Positions 11,881-24,846 of a stretch of 50,693 nt of DNA are shown here, piece by piece; position 1 is the stretch's first letter; each line of letters begins with the position of its first letter. Position numbers and translations under genes: made by a program. Source of the DNA: Octopus bimaculoides (lineage: Eukaryota); contig NC_068993.1 in assembly GCF_001194135.2 (NCBI RefSeq), forward strand, positions 37,740,915 through 37,791,607. Direction: 5' to 3'. The notes under the pieces are model-generated. The model was given only the letters and a program-made list of their open reading frames with translations, was not told the DNA's origin and did not search any database.

Positions 11881-12818
11881 GGTGTGAGAGATGCGAGGGT
11901 GGGGGATGCAGGGGTGAGGGTGTAGGTTATTAATCCTTATACATTTCTCTCCGTTTTATTCCATTCTCTTTGGTTTTTTTACTCTTAAACTTTTCTTTCG
12001 AAGTATAGGCACAGAACGTCAAAGACTTTTCCATTCTTCCCGAGCGTTAAACTAACACACCTACTTGTTGTTCCTTCGTCTGTTGTTTTCTGAAAATTTG
12101 AATTATATATATATATATATCACCAGATGGAATACTTATTTTTAATCTTACCATCACCGAACAGTACACTATATGCATGTGTGTATACATACATACATAC
12201 ATACATATATACAGCGAGCTTCTTTCAGTTTCTGCCAACTAAATCCACTCACAGGACATTTGTCGGGCCGAGGTTATAGTAGAAGATACTTGCCTAAGGT
12301 ATCGCGCAGAAGGACAAAACCCAGAACCGTGTGACTGAAAAGCAAACTTCTTGCCACACAACAGCTACCCAACTCCATTCATAAACGAAGCGTCAGAAAT
12401 ATCGAGCATGAAATATATTGACGTAGGCCATCAGGACCTTGGAAGTTCGATTTGAAAAAACAGAAATAAATAAAGCTCAGCGGAATGACTCAGCTATCTC
12501 GTAAATCACGATTAGTAGGTGAATCCATAGAGACTATCATAACACACGTAACAATGAAAGAGTATAATGTATATCTGTTACTGTATGTGAGTGCGTGATA
12601 GCTTGTACATGTATGTGTAGGCTTATCTACCTGTATTTTTGTTTTTGAATGAGCAAACTTATTTAAGGATAGGCAGAGTAAGTTAATGGCTCACTGGAGG
12701 ACATTACATACACATCTGCGTAAGGTTGAACACACTGTCACAAAAACAAAAAAGAAAAATACACGTACATATAAATACACTCCTCCTCACACACATACAT
12801 ACACACACGTAATTGCCT

Positions 12819-12907
<89 letters not shown>

Positions 12908-13454
12908 GCATGCTTTTGTGAAATTAATTGTCATGGGGAAATCTCTAATGTATGTGTGAGTCCATTACAAACACCTATAAATATGTATGTATATGTATAC
13001 AAACACGCACACACATATATATGTGCATAAATGCATATATATGTATATGTATGTGTGTGTATATATATATATATATATATNNNNNNNNNNNNNNNNNNNN
13101 NNNNNNNNNNNNNNNNNNNNNNNNNNNNNNNNNNNNNNNNNNNNNNNNNNNNNNNNNNNNNNNNNNNNNNNNNNNNNNNNNNNNNNNNNNNNNNNNNNNN
13201 NNNNNNNNNNNNNNNNNNNNNNNNNNNNNNNNNNNNNNNNNNNNNNNNNNNNNNNNNNNNNNNNNNNNNNNNNNNNNNNNNNNNNNNNNNNNNNNNNNNN
13301 NNNNNNNNNNNNNNNNNNNNNNNNNNNNNNNNNNNNNNNNNNNNNNNNNNNNNNNNNNNNNNNNNNNNNNNNNNNNNNNNNNNNNNNNNNNNNNNNNNNN
13401 NNNNNNNNNNNNNNNNNNNNNATATACATACATATATATATATATAATATGTGA

Positions 13455-13539
13455 CAATTATTTGGTAGCCATGATAAAACTCCGAGTTTCGGATGTTGGG
13501 GCAGAAACTCGGAGTTTTATCATGGCTACCAAATAATTG
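13455..13539. repeat. perfect 36 bp inverted repeat with 13 nt loop
   Basis: CAATTATTTGGTAGCCATGATAAAACTCCGAGTTTC (13455-13490) / exact reverse complement (13504-13539). Confidence 0.95.
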
Positions 13540-14140
13540 ACACATTATATTTACAGATAAATTCCTCTATTTACATAATATCGAGGTCTCTTTCATTCTT
13601 TTGTTGTGTTACCATTTCTATCAATATATATATATATCTCTATATATATACATACACACACACATGGTATTACTGCTTTCACACAATGGAAATAAACCAC
13701 AATTGTCGTTTTGTTGTTCATTGTTAAACAGGAGACAATCTTTGTTCAAACTGAAATCTGAAAGAAACGTAGAATAGAAAGATAGACATACCACATGAAA
13801 CTAGAATAAACGAACACACACTCATGCACACACACACACACACATACAAGCACACACACACATACATATGGCGGTTTGCGTAATTACTGTGAGAATGTTA
13901 GTGTGTATCTTGTTTCAATCTATAACCTGAGGCTAGTAAAATATTGTTCTCATTCGTTTCGTTATTTCACTTGTCTAAAGTCGTAATAATCTCGAAGCAA
14001 TGACCGAGTTATGGAGACAGTGTCTGCATGTCTTTAAGAACAACAGCTCACCTCTCTCTCTCTCTCTTTTTCTCTTTCTGTTATTCTTTTTCCCCTCTCT
14101 CTGTCTGCCTTTCCGTGGTCGCTGTTGACACGCAAGCATA

Positions 14141-14187
<47 letters not shown>

Positions 14188-14780
14188 NNNNNNNNNNNNN
14201 NNNNNNNNNNNNNNNNNNNNNNNNNNNNNNNNNNNNNNNNNNNNNNNNNNNNNNNNNNNNNNNNNNNNNNNNNNNNNNNNNNNNNNNNNNNNNNNNNNNN
14301 NNNNNNNNNNNNNNNNNNNNNNNNNNNNNNNNNNNNNNNNNNNNNNNNNNNNNNNNNNNNNNNNNNNNNNNNNNNNNNNNNNNNNNNNNNNNNNNNNNNN
14401 NNNNNNNNNNNNNNNNNNNNNNNNNNNNNNNNNNNNNNNNNNNNNNNNNNNNNNNNNNNNNNNNNNNNNNNNNNNNNNNNNNNNNNNNNNNNNNNNNNNN
14501 NNNNNNNNNNNNNNNNNNNNNNNNNNNNNNNNNNNNNNNNNNNNNNNNNNNNNNNNNNNNNNNNNNNNNNNNNNNNNNNNNNNNNNNNNNNNNNNNNNNN
14601 NNNNNNNNNNNNNNNNNNNNNNNNNNNNNNNNNNNNNNNNNNNNNNNNNNNNNNNNNNATATATATATATATATATATATATAGTAAATCCCAAAACGAT
14701 CAAACACAAAAAAAACAACAATGCGAAGATGTGGTACATGTAAAGTATTAGCAGACGCTAAGGAAAGGAAAGAAAGATAG

Positions 14781-14814
14781 TTTGACGTTTCGAGCAGACG
14801 CCCTTCTTCAGAAA
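14781..14814 (-). ncRNA. minimal type-I hammerhead ribozyme motif
   Basis: Minus strand TTT-CTGAAGA-A-GGGC(GTCT)GCTC-GAAAC-GTC-AAA: core intact, helix II 4 bp, palindromic ACGT, GUC site; helix I only 3 bp. Confidence 0.6.
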
Positions 14815-15459
14815 GAATGGAAAGTCCAATAGAAGGGAAGACGGAGGAAGAAAATCGCCAACGATTCACATACGGTTATATATATATGCATATGTTACAC
14901 ATCTGAGTGTGTGTGTTTGTGTGTGTGTGCGTGTATAATTTCTTTTGTTATCTTATTCCAATTTTGCTAAATCTTATTTATATATGTATCTAACTTTATT
15001 ATCCTTATTTTTACTTCTATTACTCTCGATTTGACTTCTATTACTTTTATATTTTATTTCTTATTTTATTTTTTTATTCTTTAACTTTTATTTTATTTTT
15101 TATTTTTGATCTTCTCTTTCTATCTTATACACGCTAGTTAAATACAATCCAATCTATTTAACATTCACTCAATGCTGAATTGTGGTACAGTATGGGCACA
15201 TTTCTGAAATCCAACGAACATTTATGCAGATATTACAGCTTAAAGGAGAAACCTATTATAATGGATAATACTAAGTGGACTTTTTCTTTTTCCTTTGTGA
15301 TGTAATCTTGGGACTGAAAATGTTTGCGGCTGAAGATAGCTTTTAACCATCTTTTATATCAGCAATAGCAATATATACTGATGTAATGACAGATTGTGTA
15401 TAAAGCTTGAAACACGTGTACCGCGATATCCTTTGTGTTCTTTTTTCAATTTACGTTTA

Positions 15460-15514
<55 letters not shown>

Positions 15515-16739
15515 TGTGTGTGTGTGTGTGTGTATGTTTGTGTGTCTGTGTGTGTGCATGTTTGTGTATGTGTATTTGTCCACCCAACATCGCTTGACAA
15601 CCGATGTTGGTGTGTTTATGTCCCCGTAACTTAGCGGTTCGGGATAAGAGACCGATAGAATAAGTACTAGGTTTACAAAGAATAAGTCCTGGGGTCAATT
15701 TGCTTGACTAAAGGCAGTGCTCAAGCATGGCCGCAGTCATATGACTGAAACAAGTAAAAGAATCAAAGAATGTGTATATATATTGTGTGTGTGTGGCTAA
15801 ACTGCCTCTTACAAGAAATAATTGCTAGTCACCACCGATTTGTGTATGTCTGGTATAGTCACAGGAATGGCTGTGTGGTTAAGAAGCTGGTTTTGCAATC
15901 ACGGGGCTTCGAGTTCAATCACATTGCGCGGCACTTTGGGCAACTGTCTTCTACTATAGCCGCGGGCGGATAATGCCTTGTGAGTTTAGTAAGCGAAAAC
16001 TATGTAGTTGTCCGTCGTACATATGTTCCGGACATCTCCGTCGTTAGACGACGGATGAGGTCTCCGCAATTTCTTGACGAACAACCACAGAGATGATTTG
16101 TTTAGTGATTTGTGTTGTACATATGCACACTCCCTCCATAAAAACAAACACTACCTGTAATTAGAATTACTTGCAGACACTGCTAATCTTTATCAGGTAA
16201 GTTCTTGGAGAGAACCCTCTGCACGAACCACTTGTTTATCATTTTCTTCCTCAAGCGTTTCGTTCCGTCGGTCTTTAGAAAAACGGTGCCTTGTCTCTTC
16301 TATTCCAACGAAATTTGCAGAACCCCAAACTATTTCCAGAAATGGATATGTTCCTGTATTTTCTCTTTTCTTCTCACTGATGAGTACTAGATGGACGAGA
16401 GATTAATTAACATGGACAAAAGTTTAATTAATTTCTGGTGAAATTTTAACTCGGTGTGTAGTTTAATTAATACCAACTGAATGTAGATCTTGTTGCTCGC
16501 TGGTATGTTTTATTGTTTCTATACACACACTCACGTGCATACACACACATATGCTATTATGCATTATACACACACAAACATATATATACATACATATATA
16601 TGTGTGTGTGTAGAGAAGGAGAGAAACGGAGACAGAGAGAAAGATAGAGAGAGAGAGAGAGAGAGCAGAAAGACATGAATATATAAGTATCTATAAATAT
16701 ACATGTGTATATATGTATATATTTGCATCTCCCTCTCTC

Positions 16740-16798
<59 letters not shown>

Positions 16799-16808
16799 NN
16801 NNNNNNNN

Positions 16809-16846
<38 letters not shown>

Positions 16847-17653
16847 CGTACGTATATGTGTGTATATATATATACATATACATATACATACACACACATA
16901 TATATGACTATATAAATATGCGTGTTTATGTATGTATTTATATACACACATATAAACATATGTATATATGTGTGTGTATATATGTCCATATGTACACATA
17001 AATAAGTACATATATGCGCACATACATTTAAAGATATACTTACATTCATAAGATATACATGCATCCGTACGTACATAGATATAAACATATGTGCATACAC
17101 ATAGATTAAAATAAAAATGTAACAGCAAAACATTTGGCATCACTAACAAACCCATTTAATTCATATAGAGAATATGAACATATAGAATCTCTTACAGCTG
17201 TTTCTAGAGTATGTGGATCATGATATTGTGTAAGTCTTCCAAAAGCTGAGTATACCGTCATCAGAAAGGGAGAAGTCAGAAAAATGTAAAAATGAAGTAA
17301 TATCCTCAGTCGAGGATATTAGACCATTCCAGATTGTCAAAAATGAAAGAAGGATCAGAGTGAAAAGTATATGTGCGAGGAAGTTCCATTTCCGAATAAA
17401 TAATAAAGATATAGGTATAAGGTCCATTAACACTTCCAAAAGAGAATGCTTGATGATAAATGGCAAAGGATAATGGCAGTTACCAGTTCCATTTTTGAAT
17501 AGAAAATACATACATACATGCACGCACGCATACATACATACATACATACATGCATGCATGCATACATACATACATACATACATACATACATACATACATA
17601 CATACATACTGTTATGTCTGAAGCTACTGCTATCTAGCACCTTCGGATGATCT

Positions 17654-17730
17654 CTACTCAACCGCTACACAACTGCTACTCAACCGCTACACAACTGCTA
17701 CTCGACTGCTACTCGACTGCTACTCAACAC
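17654..17730. repeat. 11 bp minisatellite (CTACWCRACYG) x7
   Basis: ctactcaaccg ctacacaactg ctactcaaccg ctacacaactg ctactcgactg ctactcgactg ctactcaacac. Confidence 0.9.
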
Positions 17731-17954
17731 ACCTACCACGGCCAGGCTACCTTTATTTATATATCTTGGGAGATCCTACTTCTTCGCCTGGGGGCGTCGA
17801 CACAACACATACGTACATACATACGTACATAAAAATGAAACAATATATATTATATAAACTAAGAGAAACACCACCCGGAGAGTTACCTTTCTCCGAGTGA
17901 TAGTATCTGCATCTAATCTAATCTAAAGAGGTGAATAGTTTTGAAGAGAAGGAG

Positions 17955-18562
17955 GTTAGTCGATACCACCATTCCTACTCCTTGGCTGATACTTTATTTT
18001 ATGGACCCTGAAAGAATGAAAGCCAAAGTTGACCTTCTGCACTATTTGGACTGAGTATTCTGCGATATTTGGACTTGGTATCCTGCACAACACTCTAACG
18101 ATTCGTCCAGCTTTAAGTTAGGTTCAAGATCACAAATATTGGTTTCAAATTTTGGCACAAGACCAGCAATTTCAGTGGGTGAGGTAAGATCCCACTGCTT
18201 AACTGGTTCTTATTTTATTGACCTCGAAAGGATGAAAGGCAAAGTTGATCTCGGCGGAATTTGAACTCAGATGGACGAAATACCGCTAAGTATTTTTTCT
18301 CGGCATGCTAACAACTTTTCCAGCTCGCTGCCTTATGAGATCGCAAATATTGGTTTCAAATTTTGGCACAAGGCCAGCAATTTCGGGGAAGCGGGTTAGT
18401 CGATTACATCGACCCCAGTGCTCGACTGGCACTTATTTTATCGAACCCGAAAAGATGAAAGGCAAAGTCAATCTCGACGTAAAACTTAGAGCGTAAAGAC
18501 GGATTTAATACCGCTAAGCATTTTTCCCGACGTGCTAACAGTTCTGCCAGCTCACTGCCTTA
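17955..18562 (-). mobile_element. three adjacent family C SINE copies
   Basis: aatattggtttcaaattttggcacaag recurs at 18136 and 18346 (period ~210 nt); a more decayed copy precedes them. Confidence 0.8.
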
Positions 18563-19182
18563 CACGGTTAGAAATATTGAAGGAATCTATATTCGATTAG
18601 ATTGATAGAAGTACTTGAGCTAAATTTATTGGCCTCCTTCCCACAATTCCTCCATGAAGAATGAAAGCCGGTGTTTATCCAAGTTGGCCAAAATTGAATT
18701 GAAGACAGTCAAGGTGTATAACCAAAAGTATGATTTCTTTTGTCCCTGCATTCTACCGTTTTTCTTTGCCATTCCACACACTAAAACACCCTAAATAATG
18801 AAGACAATAATAACAGAAAGAAATGGTGATTGTTTTATTTCTTGTTTTTTTTTCTAGTTTTTTTTTTTTTAATAGATGTCAATGTAAACATAAACTTTAA
18901 ATATCCATTGGAAAAGAATAGAAAAATAAACAACAGCAAAACACGTGGCATGTATCGAATAGAGAAAGAAGAAGAAGAAAGGGAGAAAGAAAGAAAGAAA
19001 GGAAGGAAGAAAGAAGGAAAGAAAAATAGAAAGAAAGAAAGAGAGAAAGAAAGAAAGAGAGAAAGAAAGAAACAGCTAAAGAAAGAAAGAAAGACAAGGA
19101 CAGAAAGAACACAAACACACATTATGGCAGCATGAGAATTTGGAATTAAAATGGCAGCTAGTTATTTCCATTTGGGGAGCCC

Positions 19183-19214
<32 letters not shown>

Positions 19215-19439
19215 CGACGATGACTAATGATGATAATGATGATTATGAGGATGATGATGATGATGCTGATGATGATGATGACATGTGTGTAACGAACAGA
19301 AGCCAGTCCCTAATATAGAGTGACCTCTCATTCACTGTGACCTTTCGTTCACAATTAGATTTACCTCGAATATCACAGCATGACAGAGACTAGTTTTTTT
19401 GTGGCCATTTATAGCAATTTATTCATTTGTTTCCCAAAC

Positions 19440-19740
19440 AGCCTTTCTCTGCCTCCGCCCTTCTCACTCTTACTTTCGCTTCCTGGTTTCCGTGTCCAAC
19501 GTAGGAAATAACTACGCTGCTGTTGAGTTAATAAGTTGAGAGGTGTTTCGGGAATGATACTCCTGCTACCTTGGTAGTGTCATTCAGACACCCCTGACTC
19601 ACTCGTCTTTCACCTTTCATCCCCGTTGGGATGCCTTCAGTCCTACACACTAACCATTATTCCAAGTCCTTCCTCCCCAGAATATTGATCCTTCTGGAAT
19701 GTTTTTCCTCCTTGCTCTTGTCTTTCCTTCATCAACTTTA
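19440..19740 (+). mobile_element. possible CR1/L2-group LINE 3' remnant
   Basis: TRLSPFIP...HTNHYSKSFLPRILIL.WN; very degenerate. Confidence 0.35.
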
Positions 19741-19764
19741 ATAGAATAAGAATATTCTTTTCTA

Positions 19765-19975
19765 CTCTAGGCACAAGGCTCGAATGTTTTTTTTTGGGGG
19801 GTGGGTAGCGCTTAGATCGACCCCAGTACGCAATTGGTACTTAATTTATCGACACCGAAAGCATGAAAGGCAAAATCGACCTCGGCGGAATTTGAACTCA
19901 GATCATAAAGACAGACGAAATACCGCTAAGCATTTCGCACAGCTTGCTAATGATTCTGCCAGCTCGCCGCCTTAT
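19765..19975 (-). mobile_element. tRNA-derived SINE (family C)
   Basis: Near full-length match to the family core and head (ctgccagctcgccgcc). Confidence 0.85.
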
Positions 19976-20402
19976 GGAATAGGAATATTAACGGCATAAA
20001 GATCACTAGTCGAGGAAGACCTGAACTGACCACGGAGTACTGTCTCTTTACCTCTTTGAGACCACCATCCCATCAAAGCCTTGCAGTAATTGCAGTGCCC
20101 AGTCCTTTCTCGTCAGGATGTCATCCCTCTGGATAACTATTACGTGTCTTCCATACTGTAATTGTTTTAGTTTCAACGTACGACAGAGGCGTGGGCATGT
20201 GGTAGGAAGTTTGCTTCCCAGCAACATAGTTTCGGGTTCAATTACACAGCGTGGCACCTTGGGCGACTTTCTTCTACTATAGGTATATATATGAATATAT
20301 ACCTATATACATATACACAACGGGCTTCTTTCAGTTTTCGTCAGCCAAATCTATTCCGTAGGCTTTGTAGGCCCGAGGCTATAGTAGAAGAAAGTTGCCC
20401 AA

Positions 20403-20700
20403 GGCGCATGGCTCAGTGATTAGAGTGTCGCACTCACGATTGCGAGATCGTGGGTTCAATTCACAGACCAGGCGTTGTGTTGTGTTCTTGAGCAAAGCAC
20501 TTCATTTCCCGTTGCTCTGCGATCATTTCAACATCTGACATGTAGTACCCAGTTCCACCTGTACAGGTAATGTCGATTTGATGGAGGGAGTGAGCTTGTG
20601 TCTGCACAAACATTTGATCACTATAAACAAATCATCTGTGCGGTTGTTCGGTAAGAAATTGTCGAACCCTCATACATCGTCTAACGACGGAAGAGTCCGT
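20403..20700 (+). mobile_element. tRNA-derived SINE (family E)
   Basis: A-box TGGCTCAGTGA, B-box GGGTTCAATTC; 3' part related in inverted orientation to ~16030-16140. Confidence 0.7.
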
Positions 20701-21058
20701 CATCATCATATATATGTGTGTGTGAATAGTAGTAGTAGTATTGGTATATCCCACTAGAAATTAAATAAATAAAGAATTTTGACATGTACGAATATTTATT
20801 TCCCCCCACTGTATCTCAAACATATTCATCAAGCGCAAGCTACATATCATAACGAACTAACAATTCAATGAGAGAGGAAATGTTTAAAGTTGAGAAGGAA
20901 GCGTTCAGTTTTTCGTTCGTTATGATATGTGGTTTGTGCCTGATGAATACGTTTGAGGTATTTCTCAGCATATGAAACTATAATAATATTTATAATAATA
21001 TTTATCTCTCACCAGATGGAGTACTTTTTTTGTTGATCTTACCATAAAGGAACAGTAC

Positions 21059-21103
<45 letters not shown>

Positions 21104-21566
21104 AAATAAAACAAATATAAATACATATATGCATACATAAATGTGCGTTTGTCGTTGTGTTTGTTCTCCACCATCGCTTGACAATCATTGTTGGTTTGTT
21201 TACGTCCCTGTAACTTAGCGGTTCGGCAAAGAGAGCGATAGAATAAATACCAGACTTAAAATATAAGTATTGGGGTCGATTTTCTCACTAAGCCCTTCAA
21301 GGTGGTGCTCCAATATGGTTGCAATCTAAATGATATGGTCTCCGATCAAATCACTTGCTTGGCAACTACGTCTCCGAAATATAAAAACGAAACAATTAAA
21401 ACGGCATGCTCAGCCGTTCATGTTAGCAGATGTTGACAGCCAACGGACCGTCTAACTAGCGAAACATGTCTTCACCACAGAAAGCGGAAGAGCGAGCGAG
21501 TCAGTCTGGTCAGTCACGAAGCGGACGGAGCAAGATACGACGGTCTGACGGTAGTTGATGACTGTA

Positions 21567-21766
21567 CAGTATTTTCCGGCATACAAGTCGAAGTTTTCTG
21601 GCCAAAATTTACAGCCAAAAAAGGATAGATCGACTTATATACACCATGACGACTTTGAAGGATTGAAAATTCCACGTTAAATGCAGCAGGATTTAGAATG
21701 ATAGTGACAATGTTTGAATGTCTACACTACATATGCTACATCGAATTGTATGCCGGAAAATATTAG
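21567..21766. mobile_element. Tc1/mariner-superfamily (pogo/Tc2-like) MITE
   Basis: TIRs CAGTATTTTCCGGCATACAAGTCGA and TCGAATTGTATGCCGGAAAATATTAG, flanked by TA at 21565-21566 and 21767-21768. Confidence 0.75.
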
Positions 21767-22149
21767 TAGGTGTTCGCCACCTCCACCGACTCTTCAGATC
21801 AGAAATAGCTTCCTCTCGGCCCCATTCGATTTATTTTGGACTGGAATTCGAACTCAGAGCTGTAAGTCAATAAATTATGTAATGGCTGTATTTATTTATT
21901 AATATCTTATCTTTAATCAATATCTCTTGCTTCTGTCTTCGTATTCATTCCTGAAACAAGACAATGCCGACGACGGGCGACAGTAGCAGTGACGACCACT
22001 ACTCCCTCAATCAAACTACTACTACTACTACTACTGAAGAAGAAGAAAATAATCTCGAAAAGGAAAGGAAAATGAAATCTGTGCGGTCTGTTGAACAAAT
22101 TGTGTGATAATAAGCAAGGACCAACAGAGTTAAATAAGTTGTTTACAAT

Positions 22150-22690
22150 ATTAGAGAGAGAGAGAGAGAGAGAGACTAGACTAAACGGAGGAAAGAAGAC
22201 AGAGAGATAAATAAAGAGAGAAAGAGAGAGATAGGGAGAGACATAGTTCGAAAGAAAGGAAAATATAGACAAAGCTGAAGGGAAGAAAGAAAGGTATTTA
22301 GAGAGATAGAAAGAGAGGAAGAGATAGAGAAAGATAGCTTGAGGTATAGAGAGAAAGAGAGAGAGGAGAGGGAGAACGGGAGGGGATAGACAAGGCTGAG
22401 GAGGGAGAGAGACAGAGATAGTGATAGAAAGACATAGGGAAAGAGGGAAATGGGTGAAGAGAGAGAGAGAGAGAGAGCTGGAGAATGAGAGAGAAAGCGA
22501 AAGATGATGATGATAGTGAATCTTGTGAAGAAAAGACCTGACCTACACATGTCACTGAACTTGTAGAGAACAATAGTGATAACATCCAGAGAAGAACAAA
22601 GAGGAGGAGGAGGAGGAGGAGGAGGAGGCGGAGGCGGATAAGGGGCGGAGGTGGAAAAGAAGGAGAGGAGGAGGAGGAGGAGGAGGATAG
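22150..22690. repeat. polypurine (GA)/(GGA) low-complexity tract; also (AAAG)n ~18960-19105, (GAT)n ~19185-19280, (GA)n ~24391-24487
   Basis: Direct reading. Confidence 0.9.
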
Positions 22691-24387
22691 TTCAATAGAA
22701 ATCTAGGATGAAAGGGTTACAGGCGAGGTGAGGCGGGTAGGATGTGGGGAAACACATACATATATACACAACAACAACAACAGTTATGACGATGATGCGG
22801 CCGCTGGTGCTGCTGATGATGATGATCATAAGTAGGGCCACCGTAGCAACAGTGGTTGGGAGGAGGGGCAATAATATTAATAATGATAATAATAATAANN
22901 NNNNNNNNNNNNNNNNNNNNNNNNNNNNNNNNNNNNNNNNNNNNNNNNNNNNNNNNNNNNNNNNNNNNNNNNNNNNNNNNNNNNNNNNNNNNNNNNNNNN
23001 NNNNNNNNNNNNNNNNNNNNNNNNNNNNNNNNNNNNNNNNNNNNNNNNNNNNNNNNNNNNNNNNNNNNNNNNNNNNNNNNNNNNNNNNNNNNNNNNNNNN
23101 NNNNNNNNNNNNNNNNNNNNNNNNNNNNNNNNNNNNNNNNNNNNNNNNNNNNNNNNNNNNNNNNNNNNNNNNNNNNNNNNNNNNNNNNNNNNNNNNNNNN
23201 NNNNNNNNNNNNNNNNNNNNNNNNNNNNNNNNNNNNNNNNNNNNNNNNNNNNNNNNNNNNNNNNNNNNNNNNNNNNNNNNNNNNNNNNNNNNNNNNNNNN
23301 NNNNNNNNNNNNNNNNNNNNNNNNNNNNNNNNNNNNNNNNNNNNNNNNNNNNNNNNNNNNNNNNNNNNNNNNNNNNNNNNNNNNNNNNNNNNNNNNNNNN
23401 NNNNNNNNNNNNNNNNNNNNNNNNNNNNNNNNNNNNNNNNNNNNNNNNNNNNNNNNNNNNNNNNNNNNNNNNNNNNNNNNNNNNNNNNNNNNNNNNNNNN
23501 NNNNNNNNNNNNNNNNNNNNNNNNNNNNNNNNNNNNNNNNNNNNNNNNNNNNNNNNNNNNNNNNNNNNNNNNNNNNNNNNNNNNNNNNNNNNNNNNNNNN
23601 NNNNNNNNNNNNNNNNNNNNNNNNNNNNNNNNNNNNNNNNNNNNNNNNNNNNNNNNNNNNNNNNNNNNNNNNNNNNNNNNNNNNNNNNNNNNNNNNNNNN
23701 NNNNNNATATATATATATATAAATATGGGTAAAGGACATCACCAACAGTGCAAACAACATGAAATACGTAATGTTTATGTATGTATATACATATACATAT
23801 ACATAAACATGCACACGTAAGGTATCCGGTAAAAAATTAATGAGTGCGTGTGTTATATAAATAATATTTTCAGGATTAAATAAAAAGACAACAAATAGAG
23901 ACTGTGATCTACCTATATATATATAATTAAAAAACGTGTAGTAAATAAACAAATGAACATATACTAAATACACAGACAGGAAACACAGAAGGTCACCAAT
24001 TCTTCATCAGTTATCAGCCAAACGCGATTTCAGCCATTATTGATAACATTACTTCCACTCTGGAGGCACCGACAAGAAACTTACCAGTGACCAAAACATA
24101 ACAAAACGAGACGGGCTCGAGACGAGACCGTTAGTGGATGGACGAGAGACAAAGCAATAGGCAGAATACAGGCTTAGGGTCGCACGAAAACAACAGTTGA
24201 TAATGATGATACATATACAGGAAAAAGCCCTGGGGTTGCAAGACAAGACAAAAGTGCGTAACGCAAAGCAGATTCGGGAGGGGGTAGAGCGAGGAGCGAA
24301 AATCGTGACCGGTGCTGTCGAAGGCTACGCGAAAAAGAATAAAGCCGCCTTTGGTCGTCACGGGTCACCTGATAGTGGGAAGAGGAT

Positions 24388-24494
<107 letters not shown>

Positions 24495-24531
24495 TTAAGA
24501 GAAACAAAGTAAAGGAAAGAGACAGAATGGC

Positions 24532-24846
24532 ACAAAAATATTCCAAGAACATTTCTACAAATGTGTAAAAAATTAACGAGTGTGTGCATTACATAGATAA
24601 TATTTTCAGGATCTCTTTCTCTCATTCTCCATCTCTCAGAAAATCGAGTCCAGTGCGGTCGAAGGCAACGCGAAAAAAAAAAAATGATATCGCCTTAGGT
24701 CGTCACGGGTCACGTGATAGTGGGAGGGAGGCGTTCAACAAAAAAAGACAGACAGACAGACAGAGATCCTGAAAATATTATTTATGTAATGCACACACTC
24801 ATTAATTTTTTACACATTTGTAGAGATTTTCTTGGAATACTTTTGT
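24532..24846. mobile_element. foldback/MITE-like element with 85 nt inverted arms
   Basis: 24532-24616 versus reverse complement of 24762-24846: 80/85 identical by eye; 145 nt spacer. Confidence 0.75.

Noticed and set aside
11993-12035. Hammerhead-like remnant (…AACGTCAAAG)
   Set aside because: CUGANGA and GAAA cores are mutated; used only as family evidence.
16177-16196. Possible 20 nt plus-strand microexon (TTGCAG|...CAG|GTAAGT)
   Set aside because: Weak polypyrimidine tract, not a multiple of three, no plus-strand host gene evident.
16372-16410. CTGATGAGTAC...GGACGAGATTAATTAA hammerhead-like string
   Set aside because: GAAA is GAGA, helix II has a mismatch and no helix I pairing is found.
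17298-17321. 10 bp hairpin TAATATCCTC-AGTC-GAGGATATTA
   Set aside because: Isolated short hairpin, expected occasionally by chance; no context supports a function.
21964-22110. Short plus-strand ORF MPTTGDSSSDDHYSLNQTTTTTTTTEEEENNLEKERK...
   Set aside because: Driven by (ACT)n and (GAA)n triplet repeats; no homology or splice support.
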